From Chrysomallon squamiferum (Eukaryota > Animalia > Mollusca), in contig CM022673.1 in the NCBI GenBank assembly GCA_012295275.1, forward strand, positions 19,220,001 through 19,284,000: 64,000 nt of DNA, in the 5' to 3' direction. This document shows positions 22,021 to 56,772 of this stretch, piece after piece. A model generated the notes under the pieces. The model had not been told where the DNA came from. It made no database searches and saw only the letters and a program-made list of their open reading frames with translations. Positions within the stretch are counted from its first letter, which is position 1; every line of letters starts with the position of its first letter. The position numbers and the translations under genes are program-made.

Positions 22021-22662
22021 AGGGGTCATCTCTGTTATTATTAGTCTTTACTTACATTAAGATTGTACTTCCAGGCTTGAAACAAAAAACCATAAAAAAA
22101 ACCAAACAAAAAACCCCCAAAATTCAGATCGTTAAAAGAAAAATGTCGAAGCCCTAAAAATTAACGTTTAAGACTTTATTCTTCTAAATTTATTGCATCA
22201 TCTAGATCTTTCACTGATTATTTTGATACAAAGTAGAAAGGGGTTTGCGAATTTTCAAACAATTACGCTGTGAATGATTTTACCAATTTTGTCTTCACAT
22301 ATTTATGTAAATGTACTTTGCAGAGAGGTGAATGAAAAAAAACAAACAAACAAAACAACAAAACAACAAAAACAACGAAAAAAACAAAAGCAACGACAAA
22401 AAACCCCAAACAAAAACAAATACTAAATAGGTGCACATGGGGAACTAACTCCGTCTTAATGACTAGAGCTAATTTCTTCCATGCTGAGATGCATCGGTAG
22501 ATCTCGACCATTATGGTATTAAAACCTCGATGTGCAGCGAAGGAAAATATAAAGAGGAAATATAAAACAACCTGGAGAAGAACTGTAATTGTATTTCTGT
22601 ATTTTCAAATATTTTATTTATTGCAGATCTGCAGATGATTACTCGTGTTTAATTTCATTATA

Positions 22663-23333
22663 CAGTGGTACCTTGACTTACGAGTGCACCAACTTCAGCA
22701 AGCTTCAGATACGCCGCCGTTGGTTGGCGCAACAAACAACACAACATCCGCCCAGCATCCCGCCGCTCACTCGTTTATAGCACTCGGTTACATTGCTGTG
22801 GAAACATCTGTTGTGTTGTGCTCGCGTTTTGTGCAATATTTTGACAAATTTCTTTTTTTTAAAACCATGTTTCCTAAGAAAGTGAGCGCAAAGGACAGTG
22901 CTGAGAAGAACTGTCAATTGAATTAACGCATGAAATCGCAGAAAAACACGAGCGAGGTATGCTTGTAGTCGACTTAGCTATGCAGTACGAGCTTAGTACG
23001 ATATGTACCACACTGAAGCAGGAGTCGATAAGGCTATAGCTCCATCCAAAGCGTTAAAATAATTTGTCTAATCTCCTACATAAATACCCTTTACAAAACG
23101 ACTTTATTTCTTTACATTTTCTTTTATTTTGTTTCTAATGCAATATTTGTCTTCTATAAATAAATTTTTCTTATTTAAAAACACGTTACATAAAACGGGG
23201 GTAGTTTTTGGGGATAGAACGGATTAATTGTATTTTTATTAATTTCAGCTGTGAAAATTGATTTGATATACGAGCAAATTGAGTTACGAGCTCAGACACG
23301 GAACGAATTAAAGTCTAAGTCAAGGTACCATTG
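22663..23333 (+). mobile_element. Internally deleted Tigger/pogo DNA transposon with transposase N-terminal (HTH psq/CENP-B N) remnant
   Basis: TIRs CAGTGGTACCTTGACTTA / TAAGTCAAGGTACCATTG, TA flanks; from 22867 frameshifted MFPKKVSAKDSAEK..SIELTHEIAEKHERGMLVVDLAMQYE..STICTTLKQ. Confidence 0.88.
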
Positions 23334-23492
23334 TATAGCTGTTTACATTTGTTTCTACGTAGAAAACGTGTAGTAATTAATTTAACAAACAGAAAGTATA
23401 TAGGTACATAAAAACACAGATCTATCCATTCATGCATCCTTATATAATGCGTTCATGTTTTCAATTTAATGTCAGAGTTATGTTACAGTATT

Positions 23493-45630
<22,138 letters not shown>

Positions 45631-46844
45631 GTCTCTACATAAACTTATCACTGTCTTGCATGGAAACACTGACGAATTGTACTATTTAACAGAAGTGGTC
45701 TGCGTGTATACACAATATATACGTGCAGATAACCTGTCGTGGACAAGTATTTGAATATCTGTATTCTAAAATGTTATTGTACTTCTCTCGATATTCCAAA
45801 AAGAAAGACTATTGGTCGACAGAAAATAAGACTGATGAATAGTGATCGATAAGTAAGGACAATGTTAAACCCGAGACTGGGAAGAACATAATGGTTTATT
45901 CAAGATACGTTAATTCACATTATTAGATGCAAATAACGTAAACTAATGATTAGAAAGACATTTAAAAATTCCATTAATATCTTTTTTTCAAAGACAACTG
46001 TTAAGGTTAAATATATTAAAACCTAGATGAAATATGCTTTGTTAATTTTAGAGACTGAACTTGTTAATCATTTCAAATGCTGTAAGATAAATACTTTTTG
46101 AAGAGGTAGTAAACTAACCAGTTGTTAAGAGTATGTAGTAATGTTATTCAAATAATTGTATTCTTAATAATTCTTTGATAATTACTTGTATATTTATACA
46201 ACACTCTTGCTTGATTAATCATACGAGAAAGCCTGGTGATCATAATCATGATTATTATTTATGATATACTCTCTCTCTCATAATTTTTTTTATTATTTTA
46301 GCCAACATAGGTTATGAATGAACTATATGATTCATTACGTCATACGAAAATCAGTGTTGACGCATTTTTTTAAAACTGTCTTGTATGCTCAGAAGAGTGA
46401 AAAGTATTGAAAATCACAAAATTTTCGCAGTAAACAATTCTAGGCTAAATAATGAATTCGCTAAGATTAGGGTAATTTCAGTATCACGGTCAAGTCTCAT
46501 TACGGTTTCCAAAAAGAAATTGATATAAGATAATAGTATTGACAAACACATTTTGAAACCACCCAAAACCTTTATTTTTTTTCAAGTTAATGATGAAATT
46601 ATGAGATCATCATTAAAAAAGAGAGAACAAATGTAAACTGTAAAATAATAATAAAGAAAACCAGTTAAAAAACCCTGACCATAAATTTAAATAAAAGAAA
46701 TTTGAATATTAAATACCATATTAATCAGAATCTATGCAGTTCTTAAATTTGACACTCAACCCACACACCACATATATAGATATAATTAAACAAATATAAA
46801 TGACTAAAGTAGCATTTGAAGAAGAACAAGAAGACTCACATTTA

Positions 46845-47104
46845 TAATGAAGCCTCGAAAGTTTTGTGCTGATCGTATGGACGATATACAATCATATTCG
46901 CAGTAATCGACCGCATTTTATCCCTGCCATGATAAATCACCATATATATATATATATGGTGTGTTGTTCGTTGTACCAACTAGCGGCAGCGTATCTGAAA
47001 CTCACTCGTAATTCGGATTTTGGCTCGCAACTCAAAGCAAAAATCGACCGGGCAACTGCTCGTACTCGATAAACTCGTAAGTTGGGGCACTCGAAAGTCG
47101 AGGT

Positions 47105-47110
<6 letters not shown>
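46845..47110. mobile_element. Tigger-like non-autonomous element remnant
   Basis: Right end ACTCGAAAGTCGAGGTCCCACT is the reverse complement of a Tigger-type TIR similar to 22663; repeated ACTCG motifs; left end only weakly recognisable. Confidence 0.5.

Positions 47111-47197
<87 letters not shown>
47109..47197. repeat. (CT)n microsatellite
   Basis: Direct inspection. Confidence 0.97.
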
Positions 47198-47200
<3 letters not shown>

Positions 47201-50023
47201 CATACATACATACATACGTACAAATCCTCAGAATGACATGTTCGATTCCATCGTACAGCTTTATGGGCTATCAAGGTAGGCAATATAAAGCAGACAGAGA
47301 AAGTTTGTTAAAAAGTGACTCCTCGCAGATAAATTGATGGACAATATCTACCGTCTCTATAACTAAACTCATTTAAGAGTTTGTCTTTAATGAGTTCAAA
47401 TCAGCAATTATACATCATCTGGGTTTTGTTTTTCATTCACATCTTCAGTACGTTGACTAGCTTATAAGGATCGAAGGATAGTTTCTGTCATATTCCAATT
47501 CAGATTGAAAATATGTACTCCAATCACCCGTGTAACTTCATGGCCAAATATTGTTCAGACTGAGTCGAGGTAGAATTTTTCATTATATATATATATATAT
47601 ATTTTTAAAAATATTATTGGCACAATTCTGAAAATCAATTGTTATAAATTAATAATCTTTTTACAGACTATATTGAAGTATAACTACAATTTTTTTCCAT
47701 TCAGTAATAAAAGAATATGTCTTAATTATTACTCTTTAATGAATTTATATCGATTTTGTGAAAACATTGACTAGAAAGAATGAAAAAACCGAACACCAAA
47801 AGCAATAATACAGAAGATGCCTCTTTAGTGTTAGACAAACAATGATAAATCCCAAAACAAAGTAAAATATTGTACTATTTTTTCTTTGTGTATTTTTCAT
47901 GGAAAGGAAATAAATTTGGGGAGGGGGCTAAACTGTGATATTTACTAAACACTCTTCCGCTTGACATGTTTTTAAAGCAATTAGTTTATCGATCAGATTT
48001 TTTTAAAACTTATTCATTGTTGTAAACGCAAGAGAGGACTTTTCGAAACTGCTGATATAGTTGTTTTAATGTAAAATTGTTGGTCACCTTGTTCAAGCTT
48101 CAGCTTTGGACAGAAAGAGCTTTCAGTTAGGTATTCCGACTCCTTATGTTTTTATTTATGAATATGGTTTTAAGTAGATCTGCACTGCTTAGGAATAACA
48201 TGTTTGCATAAAACTTCGCCTTAATGTTATAATATTAAGATTTTTCTTATTTATTTATTTAATTATTTATTTATTTATATATTCATTTATTCATTTGTTT
48301 GTTTATTCATTAATATAAATAAATCGCTTACGAAGATTTTAAATCATGTTTCTAAGTGTTTTAATACTGGGTTATTTTCTGTGAGACAATAATCTAACAT
48401 TACAACAAGCTGTTTCGGTGTGGAAACGTAGCGTATTGTTATTTTGGAGAGGTTCACTCTGTTTATATTTCAATCTCGATGTCGAAAAGAAAATTGCTGA
48501 AAATAAACCCGAATCGAGATGTTTATCGACAGACGCTTGGATCGCTGTTTCTAATTTGGAGATAAAGCACGTTGTAACTTTATATCTATAATTTGTGGAT
48601 ATGCTGAAGTACATTTTTAACGATTATTAAATTAATGACTGTACTTTGTATCTACTATTTATTGTGTAACCTGTGCTCTATTTGTATTAATTAATATTAT
48701 TATAATGTACTAGAGTGGAACATAAAATAATTCCTATTCCTCATAGGCATCTTAATATCCTTTGACGCTTTTATCCTGTATATACATTTAAAATTATTTA
48801 TTAATAAGTCGATTTTTTTAGTACTTTTAATACGAACTTTTTCTTAATTATGGTCCTGTGATCACGCTAGTCTAGCAATATTTATATTAAGAACCAATTA
48901 AAAAAGAAACACAGCACGAACCATACAGCTAATATGAAACTTAAACGAAATATTTTAGTTCAGTAGTAGTCGACAGTTAATTAGTCCTCACTGTTAATGT
49001 ATTTTCTCTCGGATTATTTTTGTTGTTGCTTTGCTTTTCCCTAACCTTTTGTCTTAATTTGGGACAAGTTCAGTATTCCCCAAATGGCTCACTGGCAATG
49101 TATACGATATAATGTACTAAATATAAATATACATCATGTGTTGAATATTTATTACATTCAAAATTATGTGTAATGTTATTACAGCTAACTATGGTATGCA
49201 TAAAATTAAAATTTGTTTTATGTTAACAAATATTATTATTATAAATTGGTCAGTTCCTAATAATGGATTTCTCTGTATAAAGTAAATGAAACATTTTGAG
49301 AACATAAAGCCCACTTAACTAACTATATATATTATGTCTAATAGCAGATTTGGAGATATCTGATATTAATGCCCTATAACTAAAGGTTAAAAAGTACAGT
49401 GAGAGCTTATTATGTAAAACATACATACAAGTTACAAAATACTATAATTTTATATAAAAAATTTCACTGATGCCTTATTAACTGCTCTAAATGACCTAGA
49501 AAAAGACTGTTAGATTTGAATAAAACATAAATGTTAACGCCTAATCCTCACCTCTTTCTTAAAACAAGTATATACTGTCACTATTTGTTATTATTTTTGT
49601 GCCTTCTTGCACATTAATCCTGAGGTCAACTGAAACATTTTTAAGATGAGCGTGTGCTAACTGATTCCGTCATTTGCACAGTCTCGAGACGGCAGCGCCC
49701 TTCGCCAGTTTAGATAAATCAGTAAGATTATTCTGAAAGTTCAGTGTACTGAAAATGAAATTATTTGTAATAGTAATTTATTAACAGAAACACCAGTGTT
49801 AACAGCCGACCAGAGCACAACAGTTTTTTTTGTTTTATTTCCAAATACGGACCTAGAACTGACCAGCATATAATTGTAAATAACACTTTATTAAATTGTG
49901 TCGTAGTAATATGTTATATTAAGAACATAAATTAAAAACAGTCAGGTACAATGACATTTATATTATAAGTAAATGAGTTGTTTCCCTTCCATCGGACTCT
50001 TTGCTCACCTCTTCAGAACCCTC

Positions 50024-50026
<3 letters not shown>

Positions 50027-50100
<74 letters not shown>
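50027..50100. repeat. (AC)n microsatellite
   Basis: Direct inspection; other (AC)n runs at ~4656, ~36696, ~43550, ~56723, ~61467. Confidence 0.97.
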
Positions 50101-50102
<2 letters not shown>

Positions 50103-50791
50103 TCAAAGAACCGAATTTTATACAAAGTTAAAGCATAGAAAGGTGAAGTATGTCTAAAGAATGAACTTCTTGTTTTATCATGGAAATTATTATGGACATT
50201 TGTATGCATTTATATGTGTATTTATGTATTTGTATGTGTATATATAAATATATACTTATGTATGAAAACAATCACACTTCCTCATGAATTAGTTTATTAT
50301 TAATTTTAAAAAATATATATTTTCGAAGTTTATCTCTAAAATTGGCACTGATCTTCATGTTAGACTTGTTCACTTGTTATACAAATTATTGTCATTAAAC
50401 TGATAGTTAACGAATCCCTAATAACTACTGGTTAAATCAACTACATTTTATGACTGTGTGCTTTTAATTCTATTTTAATGTATGTATCTACATAACCAGG
50501 AGGTGTGTTTCGATGCTCTTACACAGGCGCTATAATTAGGTCAACATGGCAGCCGCTAGGTCACAGATAACAGGATATTGCATTATTTGACTTTAAAGGA
50601 CACAGTGTTTTTGTACAAATTATTGTTTTAAGAAAGAAAATATACCAGTACTAGTTTATTCTTTTTAACAGTAAAAAGACATTTCATTGTTAGTTCATAA
50701 ACTGTTTGTTGTTTTACACAATAATAGTACTTCCTTTAAATTTAAATCTAACACCTTTTTGTTGAATGTAATGTTTTAGGGTTATTCTAGA

Positions 50792-50822
<31 letters not shown>

Positions 50823-52398
50823 TGAAAATGAAAATAAAAATAAAACAACATAAAAAAAAATTAAAAAATAAATTATGTATATATATATATAAAACTATAA
50901 TAATAATTAGTAATACTTTTGGTGTAAAAAAAAAGTTAGAAAAAACCCACTAAATTTTATAATCAAGTGACGTTTTCTTTTTAATATTCAGTAAATTATT
51001 TAAATAAATATGCACAAAAGGATTTTATAACGCTAACTTGGTTAATAAGTGACAGCGGACAAAGTTTATTAAGAATTTAACAATTAACAACAGAGAATAT
51101 AAAATGTATGATCCTGTGTTCCTGTGTTTGCTGTTTATTTTCTATTTAACTTTTTCATCCACTAATCATCTAATTTCAGTTTTATTCAAACGTTTATGAT
51201 GTTATGGTTAACTGCACAGTTTTTAAATATCTGTACTTATCAGTTCTTTGTTCAATTCTTCAGTAAATAATTTAGTTTTAGCCATAAATCATACGTACTA
51301 AAAGTCTCACATCTGTTAAATATAAGATTTATATTTAAATCGTTATCTTTTTTCAGAAGTTATAATTTAATGTTTCTTTTTTTATCTGGTTGCAATTAAA
51401 ATGTAAGAGTTTAATGTTAAGATTAGAATATTGTAAACTTGTATTAGTTTAAAATGAATAATAACAAGTTAATAATAATTTAAATTATATTCCATAGACA
51501 TTTCTAATCAAAGAAATCTTTTTCAGTATGCCTTTGTATACATTTAGTATCTTTTTTGAATAATTAGCTACAGCTAAATTAAATTCAGAAAATCTGTAAT
51601 AAAAACAACAGAGATTAGTACGATTTTATATATATATATACAAACACACACACATATATATACACACACACACACACACACATATATATTTGTTTATATT
51701 GGCTATATAAAATAATAATACAAAATAATCAGAACGTAGTTCAGTAAAGAATATGTGTTTGCAGTTACAAATTACAACCGAGCTTTGACAATATTTATAG
51801 TAAATTCAGGTATTCTATTTCTAAGAAAATGCTGTTGAAGCAGTATATTGAACTACATGTATTAAGTACGGTACAGTTTGCCTCATCAATACTGTCTTGA
51901 AATGATCCTTTCAAAGGGTGTGCTGTTGTTTGTAACAGATGTGAATATCATCAGCTAAAACAGCACCACAGCTAAAATAATCAATAGAAATAGTTTGACA
52001 AACGTAGATAATTATTTTTATGTTAAACTTTTATATGTATTTTTGTTTAAATTAAAAAATATTTGTAATTCCACTCTTTTCTTTTTTAATAATCGTATAA
52101 AAAAAAACCCCAAAACCCCCATTAAACTAATAACTTAATCGAGACATATATTACAGTCATCATTTCATGTAATAAAACATTTTCTGAAGATATTTGTTAT
52201 TTTAAATTTTAACCTGATAATAGCTGAGATAAATGGCTTTGCCCGAGAAGAGCTATTTTGGTATAAATGACTAACTAGAAAACTACTTTCTGCTGCATAT
52301 GAAAGTCAGTTTTAACTGTGAACCTCAAAGATTTACTTAAAAATACACAAGGTTCATATATATCTATCTGTCTGTCAATCTATCTATCTATCTATCTA

Positions 52399-52429
<31 letters not shown>

Positions 52430-53059
52430 TCTGTCTGTCTGTCTGTCTATGTATCGTGTAATCAATCACTTTACATAGTAGGAAGATATGATAACTAGAT
52501 AAATTTCTATATTTTTCAAGCAATATAAAATAAATAGTATTATTTTGCCAACAGCTGATGTTCGGATGCATACACCGGTATAAATAAAAAAATAAATAAA
52601 TAAATAAAAAAAAAAAAAATACAAAAGAAGGAAAATTAATTAAAATTAAGAGAAAAAGAAATAGTTAAAAATGGATAGCTATATCGTTTTAATCATTCTG
52701 ACAAATTTATTTAGATGTGATATCGTAGACAGGATAATTTTTAAGAACATTTACTGATAAAGAATTGACAATATTTTAAATATTACTTCTTTGTCATATC
52801 TTCTGGCGAAGTTTTAATAATAGTAATAATAGTATTATTGTTGTCGTCGTTGTTGTTATTGTTCTTATTATTATGTAGTTATTTACGGAGATTAATCTAC
52901 ATTAAGCAGTTCAATAAGACATCAGTTTAAACATATAACGTTGCAAACAAGGGTGTAGGCCTTAATGCAGCTCAGTATAATTTGATTTTATTATCTTGTA
53001 CTTTATTTATTTTTAAAATTATTATTATAATTTTTTCATTAAAACTGAAACTGATCGGA

Positions 53060-53300
53060 ACTGACTCTTGTCCAAGTGATATAGGCCACAACAAAACTCC
53101 TTCCTGATTGATTATCGTAACAGTAACAAGTGACTGTGTGTTTGGGTTAGGAATGTCACTGTCGACTCAAGAAGATTGAGTACAAGTTACGTTAAGCGAT
53201 TTGAAGGCTTCAGCGTTATTGGAAGGATTGCAAAATGACGTTCATTGCTGTATCGTCAGTGGAAACAGCAATTAGGAGGTCAGGATGCCAGATAGTTATT
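53060..53300 (-). mobile_element. Possible 3' end remnant of a CR1/L2-type LINE
   Basis: Minus-strand FPLTIQQ*N..AEAFKSL resembles the FFPxTIxxWNxLP..FK C-terminal motif of CR1/L2 ORF2; heavily decayed. Confidence 0.35.
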
Positions 53301-53737
53301 TTGGTATTTTAATAAAATTTTCATAATAGAAGTTTGGTTTGGCCTCAAGCGTTAAAAAGTCACACTGTACCGTCATCATTTTTTGGAAATATGGACATAA
53401 ATAACTGAAATGTAAAATATGCCTGTCCTTATGACTAAGTATTGAGATTTAAAATTTACAGTGCTTCAGCTGTTAGCAAGTAATCCGAGCTAACGGGAAT
53501 TATAGTCCGCGATACTGATCATCCATCATCATCATCATCATTCTTATTTTTTTTTTATACAAACGGATTTAAAAAAAAACAGAAACAATAACAAAATTAT
53601 AAGCCAGTTATTAACTAAAGCGAAATATTAAATTTTCATATTTTATTTGATCATTTACAGTCTTATATCATCACTCGAAAAATAAATAAATAGCATGTCA
53701 CAGACTGAAACTACAGATTTTTAACCTACTTGGCAAT

Positions 53738-54405
53738 GGTATGTTCCCAAAACTGGCAGTCTCCAGATTATGTAATCGGTGAGGAGTTATAATCCGCTTT
53801 CAGAAATGGGAAAACTGGCGTGAGCAATTAAGGCCAATTTAGATCATGAAGAACAGAGGGGGCGATTAACGAGATTAACTTTAATGAGCATTAAAGAGCA
53901 GAGGTGAGCCCGAATAGAGATTGCAAGAAAATTAAGAGGAGATGAAGAAGCTGTTGACGCAACATCACAGAAAATAGCTTCCAAGCTCAGTATGTTTGAG
54001 GGCATCAAATCCAGTTTGTACAGACAGAGAGCGAAAAAGGTCCCCAAATCAAGGATGTCCCGCCGCACCGAAGAAGACAAGCACAAGCCCTTCCAGCTGG
54101 GATTGGAGTACGTCACGTGTACCTCACGTGTACCCGGGACACGGCTTCCTGCTTGTCAGCTTGCAGTGGAGTGTTTTCTTGAACATTTCTTGTGTAGAGT
54201 GTGACTGATTGTCCTACTAATTGTGGACAAAATACAATTTAACAAAAGTACATCAGCTAAGGTGATGGGCCATCAATTAAGGTGACGGAACACCAATTAG
54301 TAAGGGTGAGAAATAAAATGCCAGAAATGGAACAACTGGCGTGTCCAATTAAGATGTGTTATAATCTCACTGCCAGATTCGGGAATGCCAGAATCGGGAA
54401 TAAAC
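53738..54405 (+). mobile_element. Internally deleted Mutator-like (MULE) element with 9-bp TSD
   Basis: CTTGGCAAT at 53729-53737 and 54406-54414; imperfect TIRs GGTATGTTCCCAAAACTGGCA / TGCCAGAATCGGGAATAAAC; internal peptide FEGIKSSLYRQRAKKVP resembles the segment preceding MULE transposase catalytic domains. Confidence 0.8.
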
Positions 54406-54976
54406 CTTGGCAATTAGTAACTTTTAAGCATGACAAATATAAAATAAGCGGAATAATGTTAATTAAAGTCTACGGTTATTACGACGCAGTACATAGTTAA
54501 ATGAACACAGATAATGAGGAAGGAAACTCACTGCAGACACTACACGAGTTACTTTTTTCGGTTAACAGCACTTTCTCTCGAGCAAATTTAAAAATTAATT
54601 TGACAAATTCTTCAAATGCTTAATTCCTAATTATTGCATTTCCGTAGATTTGTACGCACATTTGTCAGTGTGTTTGTGTATAAGTTACATTCAGTTCATT
54701 TCTTCCAATATTTTTTACAGAACTAACATATATATAAAATCTCCATGTCATTTTGACTATCAAAGGGTAATTACACTTAGAATGGGATGTAATTAGCCTT
54801 TCATAATTAAAATGTGTCTCCAACAATCTGTATGATATGTACATAATTCTTGTGAAAACAGCAATTCCAAAAGAAAAATGTTAACGCTACCAAATGAATT
54901 CTAAAAGGTGCTAGTCTAGTTTGAAAAGCAGTTGAAGTGTTCCAGTCATTGTCACAGTAACTTATTACTTAAAAAT

Positions 54977-55045
54977 ATTACTGAAATAACTTTAATTTCA
55001 TTACTGAAATAACTTTAATTACATTACTGAAATAACTTTAATTAC
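54977..55045. repeat. Minisatellite, 23-bp unit x3
   Basis: ATTACTGAAATAACTTTAATT(T/A)C repeated three times. Confidence 0.9.
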
Positions 55046-55984
55046 CATTTACTCGACGTGCAAAACGTTTTTGTTTTTTTCTGTTTAGTCATCTCGTATA
55101 ATATCAGGACAGGATTTTCAGCTATTTCTTGTAATGAGTCCAAATTTTCAGTTGTTATATGAAATAACTATTTTTCATAGCATTATCTTAAATGACTGAA
55201 TATTTCAGCATTACACGTAATGACTCGTATCACAAAGCATATTGTAGTATATATATATATATATATACGTGTAAATTCAAGTATTGTTTAATTCTCTTTT
55301 TCTGAGTGCCGTGTATATTGCGTTTTTGGGGTGTTTTTTTGGTATATGTGTAAGACAATATGACACGCAGTTAATCAATATAAGGCAATATATTATTTAT
55401 GTATCTAATATTTTCAGAACCACATTCGTAATGGAACAATTTTTTTTATTTAATATGATTAATATGTTCTTGTAACTGATATTCTTTTAATAAATTGTCT
55501 TAATGTTTTCTGATTCAGTATTTTAATGACAACATGTGTGTAACTTTTCTAATGATATGGTTAGCTTATCTTTTAAAATACACCAAGGAGAAGGTTTTAA
55601 CCATCGTTCAGGTTTTATTATTTTTAAAATATTGTCTTTAATACTTAAGTATCATCTCTTAGAAATGTCAACTGTTTTCACAACATAAATAACTGGATAA
55701 ATATATTCTTCTTCGTATTAATTTTTAATATTATTTGTTTTATAAAATGAATCATTAACATGATTATCTTAACAAATACTAATCTTATATTTTGTGTTGG
55801 ATAACAGATAGAGAATACACTTTATCACTGAACGTAGTCATTCTTTGTATTTATTTTTTAGTCTCACAGTTGTCATACCAGTATTCGTGTTTTTACCCAC
55901 AGATGGTGAAACGACCCCCTTATATCTAATGTCGGATGGCCATTTCCGTATTTTTACAGAGGATATATATGTCTCTACCCATTA

Positions 55985-56716
55985 TATATGGCGTCTGCAC
56001 CTACTGTGACGGACAAGCAGCTGTGGTCGGACTACAGGATGCCGACATCGCAAATCTATGTCTCGCAGATGATTCCTAATGGTCTGATCAGACAAACTGT
56101 TGCTGTAACATTTCTGAGTTGATCACGAAGACGCCGTGCGGTCACAAAACGCTGCCATAACGCCGTCATCATCAGGAAACGGTCTTCTCGTGCTGTTGTT
56201 GATCGTGGTCTTTCAGAACGTGAGTGATTCTGAATAGAAGTAATCGTCCTCCACCTATTACAGAGTCTACCGATAACACCTTGGCTTACAATTAGACGGT
56301 GAGCCACATATCTTTGAGTGTAGACAACCAATGGCCCTTCCCCTCTCTTGCAAGCTGAGTTGTCGTCGAACCATTTTCAAATTTAAAGTGATGGTGAAAC
56401 GAAGGCGTTCATCTCTTTTATTGCTATCACTGGAATGCACATACAAATGGTGCACGAGGTGTCACAGTGAATCTATCGAGACAGGCTTTCAGTTTAGTCT
56501 GACTTTGTTATTGCTTCAAATCCATGAAAAGGAAATCTTGATGAACTTAAAAAATGTCCTCAGTTAAGGGCAATGATTACATGCCCCATAATAATGTGAC
56601 ATCTTTAGTCCAAATGACAACACAAAGGTTAATATTCTAACCCTATTTGCCCTCAAAAACATACTTCAAAGAATTATCAGAAAGTTCCTTTTAACATTAA
56701 CTTCTTTTGAGCAGTT
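55985..56716 (-). mobile_element. Truncated Tc1-family transposon (5' TIR and frameshifted paired/HTH part of transposase)
   Basis: ATG at 56374: MVRRQLSLQERGRAIG..TQRYVAHRLIVSQGVIGRL..RSERPRSTTAREDRFL..RFVTARRLRDQL..SDQTIRNHL; TIR-like AACTGCTCAAAAGAA..AAAGGAAC next to TA at ~56716; no DDE domain or second TIR seen. Confidence 0.82.
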
Positions 56717-56718
56717 TA

Positions 56719-56772
<54 letters not shown>

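Noticed and set aside
50592-50739. TTAAAGG...CCTTTAA Kolobok-like ends
   Set aside because: Only about 7 bp of inverted match in AT-rich DNA; not enough support.
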